From: Macrostomum lignano
Lineage: Eukaryota
Direction: 5' to 3'
Length of the DNA stretch: 64,000 nucleotides
NCBI GenBank assembly: GCA_002269645.1
Contig: NIVC01002072.1
Span: 12,733-76,732 of the forward strand
This document shows positions 40,301 to 49,603 of the stretch, piece after piece (positions within the stretch are counted from its first letter, which is position 1; every line of letters starts with the position of its first letter). The notes below the pieces were generated by a model. That model saw only the letters and a list, made by a program, of their open reading frames with translations, was not told where the DNA came from and ran no database searches. A program made the translations under genes and the position numbers.

Positions 40301-41950
40301 GCGGTAGCATCTTCGACGGACGGGTCTGCGGGAGTCGGCGGTGTCGCTGTCGGTGCCGCGGCATCCGGCTCGATGGACGACACCGACGTAGTGGGGTTCG
40401 CCTCCTGCCCGTTGGGCGCGCAGACTTTCGTGCCGTTCGTTGTTGGGGTTCGCATCGGCCTGGCGGAACATCCGGACAGCGACGGAGAGCAGCAGCACCA
40501 CCAGCTGCACCATCATCACCATCCGCATCATCACCAGACCTCTCCAGCCGCTGGCCACCTTCACGGCTCCGGCACTCCGCCGCAGAGCCCCAATTTGAAC
40601 GACGGCGGCGGCGGCGGCGGTAGCGGCGGCGGCGAGTTTGTGGACCTCCAGTTGGACTACTGGACTGCGGGCAACGAGCGCAAGACCGCTCTTAAGCCGG
40701 CCTTCCGGGCGTTGTACATCAGTCGGCTGGCGCAGCCAGCTGCTGCGGATGACAAAACCTCTGCCTCTGGAGGCCCCAGCGGTGGCGCCGGAGCGGGTGG
40801 CTCGGTCAGCGCTAGAGGCCTCGTCATGACTGTGGTCAATCGGGAGAAAAAACAGAAAAGTGAGCCCTGACTTATCGCCGCTTCATAGGGTAATCAGCTG
40901 GAGTAACTAAGGCTGCATCGGCGCGGCTGATTCGCGCCTCGTCCCCTGATTCGATTTCGTGCGCGGCCGCATTCGTTTGGGACTTGTGCAGGAAAAATTG
41001 GCCGGGGGATTGCTGACGATTGGAATGTCACCCTTTGCGTGTGTATGAGTGCGTGTCTGCATACAGTATTGGCGCGCTTGTATGTGCTTAAGACAGGAGT
41101 CAGCGGAATTTTCCAGAGATACTTAAAAGCTGCTGACTGTACGAGTAGTATTTTGTGCAAAAGTAAACAGCTGGAGCAACTATGACTTTAACTGTGTACT
41201 AAAATGCCTCGTCATGTAATTAATTTGCAGTAATGCGCCTCGGCAAGAAAGGCAAGGAGACCGAGGGTAAACGCGAAGTTGTAGAAAATCTATCTAGGCT
41301 AATTTGCACTAGCAAGAGCCAGAGTCATCCCATGAAAGGTAAGACAGAAGTCTCATATGTTAATGAAACCTTTTTCCTATTGCTGTGTCGTTAGGACTGT
41401 CTTAGTAATTTTTGTTCAGTTCATGTGCACTCGTCTTCTCTTTACTCTTTTTTCTCTGCCTCGTCCTCTCTGTCCAGTTCAGTCTTGTTATTCTTATCTC
41501 TCTCCCTAGCTGCCTTCTGATTGGCTGGCTCTTTAATCTCGTCTCTTTCCCCAGTCGCGCATTCCTACCCCTGCAGGGTGGGCCAATAGACACAGCGGGG
41601 AGACAAGGCTCGCCTTTTCTGCTACACGTCTACCCCTCCTTTTCTTATCTGCACTCAACCCCAACCCCCCCCCCCTAATTTAATGTCTTATCTATACAAC
41701 TCGTTTGGGCCCTGAGCCCGCGCAACTTACTAGTACTGTTTTATTACCAATTCCAACTAATACAAATATATAATTCAACGGTTGTCTATTCTTCTCTAAC
41801 ACGCTGAAACCAATTCCAGTTGTGGTGGACGGCGTCGACTGGTCTGGTGTGAAATTTTTCCAACTGTCATCGCAGTGGCAAACCAACGTTAAACAGATGC
41901 CAATTGCCGTGTTTCAGGCTGGCAAAACTGCTTCGGCTATGGGCCTTTAA
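25359..41950 (+). CDS. PACS: Phosphofurin acidic cluster sorting protein (PACS1/2 ortholog)
   Basis: Exons 25359-25447, 28399-28675, 29718-30068, 31115-31210, 35497-35922, 37467-37556, 39231-39326, 39677-40859, 41231-41338, 41820-41950; all GT-AG and phase-consistent. Matches to the PACS family: FWESEKSSPCIIPR, QYPHAIKR..LLIMLQRRKKY, acidic middle region with STPKP, LVMTVVNREK, LSRLICTSK, DGVDWSGVKFFQLSSQW. The small exons 31115-31210 and 37467-37556 are less certain. Confidence 0.93.
26309..26723. mobile_element. MITE with perfect 21-bp TIRs
   Basis: GGACTTCTTCAGGTTTAGGTT ... AACCTAAACCTGAAGAAGTCC. Confidence 0.7.
27854..28036. mobile_element. Tc1/mariner-type MITE
   Basis: TACGAGGGTTGTCCCAAAAATAG versus CTATTTCTGGGACAGCCCCTATA: imperfect 23-bp TIR with TA flanks. 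Confidence 0.65.
28728..29577 (+). repeat. 37-bp minisatellite (CAAATATCCCCAGACGAGTCTGTTAGTCAAATGGACT) in PACS intron 2
   Basis: About 22 copies. Confidence 0.97.
30097..31051 (+). repeat. 20-bp minisatellite (GTCAGTTACACCTGGTGTGT) in PACS intron 3
   Basis: About 47 copies with a palindromic ACACCTGGTGT core. Confidence 0.98.
31935..33702 (+). repeat. 35-bp minisatellite (GACACTACAAGCGACATCTTAATCGAACATTTATC) in PACS intron 4
   Basis: About 48 copies, some with an internal GCGACGCTACAA duplication. Confidence 0.97.
33810..33884. mobile_element. Possible miniature TTAA-flanked TIR element (Kolobok-like AGG...CCT ends)
   Basis: GATAATTAATTAA|AGGCAG ... CTGCCCT|TTAATTAATTATC. Confidence 0.35.
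34355..35394 (+). repeat. 24-bp minisatellite (GAGCACATTGAGTGACACATCTAT) in PACS intron 4
   Basis: About 42 copies. Confidence 0.97.
35957..36580. mobile_element. MITE (GCGTAGCCAG...CTGGCTACGC TIRs) filled with a 16-bp array (GCTGGCGCCCCTTGGT, about 34 copies) in PACS intron 5
   Basis: TIRs at 35960-35969 and 36567-36576; array at 35978-36530. Confidence 0.75.
36860..37218 (+). mobile_element. Decayed 3' end of a non-LTR retrotransposon (ORF2 C-terminal zinc-knuckle-like region plus 3' stem-loops)
   Basis: Translates to KRILTQFRLG...PNENRTNRKCRLGGGVESEVHFLF, resembling the R..LTxFRxG...R.C..C...VEDExHFLFxC tail of CR1/L2-related LINE ORF2. Confidence 0.6.
37812..38631 (+). repeat. 16-bp minisatellite (CTCGAATCTTCACCTG / ...CACAGG) in PACS intron 6
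   Basis: About 50 copies. Confidence 0.97.
39337..39627 (+). repeat. 34-bp minisatellite (CTCACCTGACACCAATCCTCACCTGTTCACCCAC) in PACS intron 7
   Basis: About 8 copies. Confidence 0.93.
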
Positions 41951-42914
41951 ATTGGACTGAATTAGTTACTTAGTGCTCAGTGTTTGTATCGGTTTTATTT
42001 AGCCGTTTATTGTTTAATGTTGTTGCTGCCTAATTGACATTTAATTACCGATGTTTTGGCACATTAGGTCAGGTGTCGTATCTAGCTATGCTAGGCGGCA
42101 TTCAATACTGTTGCTATAGAACATGACATACCGTTGACATACCGTCCATACCGTTGGGACATTGCTATGCACATTGAATGTCGCTGCTGCCTGCTATAGT
42201 GGTGCTATGGCAGATAGCGTTGCTATGGTGGACACTAAACAGGCGTTGCTGTGGCGACACTAGATACTGTTGCTATGGGCATTGGATACCGCTTATATAG
42301 GCCTTTCTATATTTGTTTTCGTTCCATTTCTTTTAATAAGTTGCACACATTTTTGACTGTGGCTGCTGCGAAACCATGGTTACTGTTGCTATGCACAATT
42401 GGTCATTGTACTTTTGAGTTTTGATTCTTACAACATTCGCTGCAATTGAATTTTGATAGCTTAAAAAGTACACTTAGACCACTATGAGTATCTTCTGTCA
42501 GTTTATACCCAGCTCTCGGTTATACCCATTTTTTGTTAATTCTTGGCAGTTATAATTTTGTTAATCCAAAGTCGGTGAGTAAATGCTTGAGCTGTTGTCG
42601 TGGCTTTCGTCTGTCTTTCGCTTTCTTTTTTGTGTTTTTTTATTGGACACTTCTGGTGTAGCTTTTGATTTTATCCGTAGCAATCGTATTGTCGTATTAT
42701 TTAATTATTCTATTCCCGTGTTGTGAGCGTAGGCTGACTGTTTTTAGTTGAGTTTTAAATCGCTTTTGCTTTTTCTAATTTAGCATGCCACAGCGGCTTA
42801 TAAATTCCCTGCTTCATTTTATACTTGTCGCTTGCCATATAAGGTAAATTAAATTTTTCTGCGATTTAATTTGCGCTTGGATTTTTTGTTATTACTTAAA
42901 ACATAGTTTAGGTG

Positions 42915-43170
42915 AGAGAGCTCAGTTTAGGTCATAGATAGTTCGGTTTAGCTCATAGATAGCTCGGTTTAGGTCAGATAGCTCGGTTTAGCTCATAGAT
43001 AGTTTGGTTTAGCTCATAGATAGTTCAGTTTAGGTCATGGATAGCTCGGTTTAGGTCATAGATAGCTCGGTTTAGGTCATAGATAGCTCAGTTTAGGTCA
43101 TAGATAGCTCGGTTTAGGTCATAGACATCTCAGATTCTCAGGTAAGGTCATAGATAGCTCAGTTTAGGTT
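42915..43170 (+). repeat. 21-bp minisatellite (GATAGCTCGGTTTAGGTCATA)
   Basis: About 11 copies. Confidence 0.92.
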
Positions 43171-43850
43171 AAATCTTCGTAAAAAATTAATTACCAAAAA
43201 ACTGCATTATGTCGAACGTTTTTCTGTCAGCTTGCGCTGACTCCGCAACTTCTACTTACAGTTAAGTGTAATAAAATAACGCACAACTTCAAATTTACCT
43301 GGAAGTTGCACCGTCTGTTATGCAGCAGATACACACATTCGTTGCTAGAAAATCTTCTTTACTCAACTGCCGGTTGCTTGTGCAATCCTGATTTTTCTGA
43401 ATGCATTCTATTGTTTAATTTCCAGTGTCTAAAAATAATTTTAATTTATCTTTGAACTTCTTTGAAACTGAAGATATTTTGTTTGTCAGAATCGTCACAA
43501 AAAGCGTTTTCCAAGAACGGTACAGCTTCAGTTATAAATCAACCAAAATTTACATCCAAGGTAATTTAAAAAGTATTTCTTGCTTTTTGAAACAATGGCA
43601 ACGTACAGTACTAATTATACTAAAGCTATTCAATTCATAATCTGTTTAAATTGTCTGATTGTTTTTAGCAGCAAATTCAGTTAACATTTGTGTTGTACCC
43701 GCTTTGTGTATTGTCGTTCAAAAATTATCAAAAATTTTTATTAAAATTGTAAAATATAAAAATTATTACAATTGACTGCAAGTTTGTTAATTTGCTATTG
43801 TGGAATTTGTTCTTTCTTTCGGTCAGTAGCTGGTTTATAGGCTTGAAATG

Positions 43851-44276
43851 ACACTCCTAGATCCTCTCTGGGTGCTAATGGCACTCTCCCAGATCCTCTC
43901 TGGGTGCTAATGGCACTCCCAGATCCTCTCTTGGTGCTAATGGCACTCTCCCAGATCCTCCTTGGGTGCTAATGGCACTCTCCCAGATCCTCTCTGGGTG
44001 CTAATGGCACTCTCCCAGATCCTCTCTGGGTGCTAATGGCACTCTCCCAGATCCTCTCTAGGATGCTAATGGCACTCTCCCAGATTCTCTCTAGGATGCT
44101 AATGGCACTCTCCCAGATCCTCTCTGGGTGCTAATGGCACTCTCCCAGATTCTCTCTAGGATGCTAATGGCACTCTCCCAGATCCTCTCTGGGTGCTAAT
44201 GGCACTCTCCCAGATCCTCTCTGGGTGCTAATGGCACTCTCCCAGATCCTCTCTGGGTGTTAACGGCACTCTCTCA
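43851..44276 (+). repeat. 32-bp minisatellite (CAGATCCTCTCTGGGTGCTAATGGCACTCTCC) just upstream of MRPL27
   Basis: About 13 copies; each unit can fold (GTGC-TAATG-GCAC). Confidence 0.95.
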
Positions 44277-44368
44277 GCTCATTTAACCCAGATTCTAGTC
44301 TAGATGCTTAGGCCAATGGTGGGAGCTGGCAATCCAGATCGCTCACAACCGATCTACTAAATGCTTGC

Positions 44369-45615
44369 ATGTCTGCTATCGCGAGCCACTGCGGCTGTGC
44401 GCTGCGTCGTCTCCTGTTTCTAGCGCCGCTTGCTTCGGCGACAGCGGCGGCTTATCCCGCTGCCTCCGTCTGCCAGCGGCGCGGCTACCCGGGCGGCGTC
44501 AAGAAGGTGCCGGATTTGGAGGATCATCCGAAACGGCGCAAGGGCCGTCACGTTCACCCGATTCCCAACAGCCAATACCGCGGCTTCACTGTTAACGAGG
44601 GCTCCAGGGTAAAACCTTTTTTGGGGCCGATTTGTTTTACCTTGAAGTCTTCTTTGGAATCTTTTGCTCCTCGCTATGGTCCCCTCAGCTGAAACTTATC
44701 ACGGTCCCTCAGCTGCACCTCATTATGATTCCTCAGCTGCACCTCATCATGGTCCCTCAGCTGCACCTCATCATGGTCCCTCAGCTGCACCTTATTCTGA
44801 TCCCTCAGCTGCACGTCAACATGATCCCTCAGCTGCACCTCATCATGATCCCTCAGCTGCACCTCATCATGATCCCTTAGCTGCACCTCATCATGGTCCC
44901 TCAGCTGCACCTTATTCTGATCCCTCAGCTGCACCTCATTATGATTCCTCAGCTGCACCTCATCATGGTCCCTCCCTCAGCTGCACCTTATTCTGATCCC
45001 TCAGCTGCACCTCATTATGATTCCTCAGCTGCACCTCATCATGGTCCCTCAGCTGCACCTCATCATGGTCCCTCAGCTGCACCTTATTCTGATCCCTCAG
45101 CTGCACCTCATCATGGTCCCTCAGCTGCACCTCATCATGATACCTCAGCTACACCTCAGCATGATCCCTCAGCTGCACCTCAGCATGATCCCTCAGCTGC
45201 ACCAAATCATGATCCTTCAGCTGCACCTCATCATAGTCCCTCAGCTGCACCTCATCATGATCCCTCAGGTGCACCCACCTCATCATGGTCCCTCGGCCGA
45301 ACCGCATAGTACCTAGCTTCCCCTCAACTCACCGCTCCACCACGCCAGGTGCGAACAAACGACGTCGTGTTGCGCCAAATCGGGCTTCAATTTTATCCTG
45401 GCGAGAATGTACGCTTGAACAGGGACAACTGGGACCTCGTGGCCGAGTCCAACGGCCGTCTGTTGCTGACCACCGAGCTGCTGGATCCGCTGCCGGACAG
45501 TCCGCTCTACGAGCTTGTGAAATCTGGCCAGGCATTTGAAAAAGTTTTTGTGCACGTGGTACGCATGCCGGAAGACGAGCTCAAGGCCGAGTACCAACTG
45601 GTGTCGCTTGTCTGA
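44369..45615 (+). CDS. MRPL27: Mitochondrial ribosomal protein bL27m, divergent, 168 aa
   Basis: Exons 44369-44608 and 45349-45615 (phase 0, GT-AG). Arg-rich presequence. RGFTVNEGSRVRTNDVVLRQIGLQFYPGENV aligns with the L27 G.K..EG..V..GNII..QR..R.HPG..V core; C-terminal KVFVHVV matches metazoan MRPL27 KTFVHVV. Confidence 0.8.
44681..45292 (+). repeat. 24-bp minisatellite (CCTCAGCTGCACCTCATCATGATC) in the MRPL27 intron
   Basis: About 25 copies. Confidence 0.96.
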
Positions 45616-47110
45616 CTGTATTTCGTTGCTACCACAATATCTTGTTGACTTTGTGCATTAAATATAGCCGCAGAAGGCGACTTGTTTTGCTAAAATGTAT
45701 TTACATGTACTCGATACGAAGGCTTCACTGCTTTAGTCAGTTTTTCTTTGCATAACTTATTTCGGCACCTATTATCAATGGTTTAGAAATTCAATGGCTA
45801 TCTTTGTCCTGGACTATAGTTCTCAGTGTAAGAAAGCTACTTAATATATGTAAATTAATTCACTACTGCAGTTGTCTAGTCGTTACTATTTAATTATGAA
45901 CGATTCATTTGAATGTGCAATCTCGAGCTACATGCTTGTTGATTTGTTGATTATTTACTTAACAAGCTATGTGGATAGTCATCAAAATACAGTTTTATGC
46001 ATGTGGATGCAAAAAAATATGAAAACTTAATTAGTACTTAAATTTGTGCTTGGAAAAGTTTCATGATGGATGTCATTGGTTTTTAAATAGGCGCTACATG
46101 CAGTGGTGATAAAATGCAATAATAAGCAAACGTTATTTGATAGTGTGTATTAGTCCTTTAGATTTATCAATATATGATGAATTTAAATATCTTCGCCACT
46201 AAAAATATATCTAAAGTATGTTTACCTAAAAAATCTGGAAAAGCCGAACTTGTACGCATTTTAACAAACAACACTATACAAGTAATGCAAACGACACAGT
46301 TAATCTACTAAATGTAAACAGAAGTCAATGGTATTTTTATTTTACTAGGTTTTTTAGATAATATACTTCTGCAGACGGTGCTTAGCAAATTTTTTGGTTG
46401 CAGTTTTTTATTACTTTTTAATATTAATTTTTACCATCAGTGCAGCACAGCAGTGCAGATCTGCATCTTGTCTAGATATAAACTCCTAACTTTTTATTTC
46501 GAATTGATTGCCTACATTTTGCGTAATTTAAGCAGCTAATAAAGAAATGGCCTCATTGGCTTCCAGGGTTTTTCTTCCTAAGCAGTGTAAGCTTCTAATC
46601 ATTTCTAATTTTTATGCACTTGGCCTACCTACACTAACAGCAAATCACCAATTAATGCTTGCCCAGGCATGCAATATCTTATATTTTTTGTTTAGTTTTA
46701 TTAATTACTTTTACCTTAAGCATATTTGCAAAGTATTTTGCTTAATAAATATGCAACCAATGTATCCATGAGTCATAGCCTATTAATTATTAATGCCAAA
46801 GCCACCTACAAAGATTCCAGTTGTCTATTTTCCACTGTAACATCTTTCAAATATTTATTCTAGAATCCAAAGACAAAGTAGCATCCTTGCAATATAAGGA
46901 AACTTGTATTGTTTCCTGCAATGAAACTAAGAAACATAGTAAGTTTCAAAGATTCTTTAAAAGGCCTTTAATAAAGATCCCTTGCCAATATGCAATCCTG
47001 ATATTTAATTTCAGGCAAATTTAATTTTAAATATAAGTTTAAGGCAATTTTTTAGGCATTGCAAAGGTTTAAGCTAAGGCCTATTCTAGAAATGCCTGGG
47101 CCATATATGG

Positions 47111-48347
47111 ATGGTGACTAGTCATTTCGTCAAAAACCTTTTAGTTTTAGTCAAAAGCCTTTTCGTCAAATAGTCATTTGGTCAGTTCGTCAAAGTGTGT
47201 GCATAGTTTCAAATGTAAATTGAAGTTACTCTAGATCCATAGTCAGGATCATGTTATGGTATACGCCAGAATAAAAAGTCCCCTAAAAAATCTACGCCAC
47301 TTCATACTGAAATGTACACCAAGGAGGTCCTAGGAACTTACGCCAGGTTTTCTAGGCTTTGCAACAATAAATGACCTTTTTGCATGTTACACATTTTTAA
47401 CAATAAAAATTTAACAAATGTGTGGTTTTCATTTAAAGTAAATTGGCTTATAGTAATGCCAACAAAAATCAATTTTTTGTTTAACTATTTTTTAGAAAAT
47501 TAACACAATTAGTTTGCATGGAATTTTAAATTTTTATAAATCACAAATAGTTATGAACTTTCATCTTACAAGTTTTATGCTTTTTATGATTTTATAATAA
47601 GATTCTGAGGTTACGGCGTTATGCCAACAATTATTAATATTAACTTTGGCATGAAGGTTGGAGTTGGCATATGCTGCTTGGCATATTTATGCCACAACAT
47701 CACCAAAAAATATGCAAATATATTTTGCCTCATTTTTTTATGCCAATTAATTATATGCCAAAAAAAAGAAAAATTTTCAATTGTATGCTGGAAATTTTTG
47801 GCATAATGTATATCATCCTGACTATGGCTCTAGATTAGTCACATGTATACTCAATAGGTTAGCATTAAAAAAGAAGTATACTGCTTGTTTAAAATAACAT
47901 TTCTAAGAAAAGGCACAAATTGTAGTAGTTAGCTAGTCAGATTATTCATAATTTGCATAGTAAAATATCAAAACCATGCAATTGTACCATTATTGATATT
48001 AATATTAATGAAATAATATAATAAGAGCATAATTTCACTAAGTAAAATACTGTGTTCATCACAAAGCTAAGAATCAAGATGTAAAGGAAATAATTAAAAG
48101 TTAAGGTTAGGGTTATCCTTTTTCATGTTTCATTCTTAGAAACACTTTGCTTAAACAAAAGGTAGTGATGTCCTTTTGATATAGATTTATCTTGACATTA
48201 AATTATTTATTTTAAAAACTAATTAAATTATTTAAAAATTAATTACAGTGGGCTCTATTTTATCTACCGTTTGACAAAATGACCAATTTACTATTTGACA
48301 AAAAGGCTTTTGACAAAATGGTATTTGACAAAATGACCTGGAACCAT
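47111..48347. mobile_element. Foldback/MITE-like element with TT(C/T)GTCAAA subterminal repeats; hosts a nested hAT MITE
   Basis: ATGGTGACTAGTCATTTCGTCAAA versus the reverse complement of TTTGACAAAATGACCTGGAACCAT; several GTCAAA/TTTGAC copies at each end. Confidence 0.65.
47237..47827. mobile_element. hAT-type MITE with 8-bp TSD CTCTAGAT
   Basis: TIR CCATAGTCAGGAT/ATCCTGACTATGG; identical CTCTAGAT at 47229-47236 and 47828-47835. Confidence 0.88.
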
Positions 48348-49038
48348 TTGGACTATGTATAGTCTGGATCATGCTTGGTGCATGCCCAAACAAAAATCAA
48401 TAAGTACAAATGCATGCCAAAAAATTGAGTGCATACCTATTATTAAAACTCAGTTGGTATTGCAATAATAAATAACCTTTTTTACATTGTGACAATAAAT
48501 GACCTTTTTTCATTGTGTAAAAAGCCCTTTTTGACAGATAATTTAGTTAATTTTTCTGCTTTTTTTGGCAATACTATTTATATTAGAAAATTGATACATG
48601 CAAAGATTTGTTTAAATGCCTTATTACAAGCTTAAAAACTTGTAAAGTGGGAAATTTTTGCTTAAAAATGAACTTTTTTCACATTTTTTCTACTTCACAA
48701 TTACTCTTCTGCGTGATTCTATGCAGTGCACACCAGGTATATTTTCTTAGGACTGATGCACGCCAACTATACATGTCCACTTTTGGCTTGCAAGGCCAAT
48801 GCATACCCAAATTTTTGGGCATATATTATAATTTATATGATCTAGTGTGGTAAAAATCTAGCGATATTACTACTATTAGACTTATTCTTTTTAATAAGCA
48901 TGGATATATAGATAATGAAGTTAAAAATGATGGCATTTGTTATTTGCATGATACTATATAAATAGTACTATTGTTATTTATACAGTAGCTAATATAAAGA
49001 CTAGTTTTAAATATTATATAATAGTAATTTTAACAATG

Positions 49039-49603
49039 CCATAGTCAGGAAGGTGACCTTTTTGCTTGAAAATTCCAGTGTGCATAAGCTCTTCATAGTT
49101 CATTTGGTGTGCATTTAGTGTGCTCAAATCTTAAAAAAAATTGCATTTGGAATATTGCATATACAACAAAATTGCATTTGGCATACAAAAAAGTAGTATA
49201 CAAAAAGCTATTTAAAAATGCAAGTATTGTCAGTTTCTGTTACAAAAGGTATCAACATTTCAAAGAAAGGTTGCAGTTCAAAGATGATAAGAGTGCAAAA
49301 AAATTTATAAAATGTGATTATGCTATTTATTTTAAAACAATTTAAGTACCAGGACTTCATATAACTACAAGTTATTATAATTGAAAAATAGACACGAAAC
49401 TTATTTTGTTATAATCTAAATATAAATGTCAAATGGAAAAATGGAAAAAGGTCCTTTATTGTTGTAGTGCAAAAGTAAAGTTGCATAATTTTTTAATTTT
49501 GGCATACATGACAATCACATCCAATTTTTGGCGTAATTTGGCATCATAGAGACCTTTTCCCAAATTTAATTCTAGCATGCACATGCCACCTTCCTGACTA
49601 TGA
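49039..49603. mobile_element. hAT-type MITE with 8-bp TSD TAACAATG (same TIR family)
   Basis: Perfect 16-bp CATAGTCAGGAAGGTG/CACCTTCCTGACTATG; TAACAATG at 49031-49038 and 49604-49611. Confidence 0.88.
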
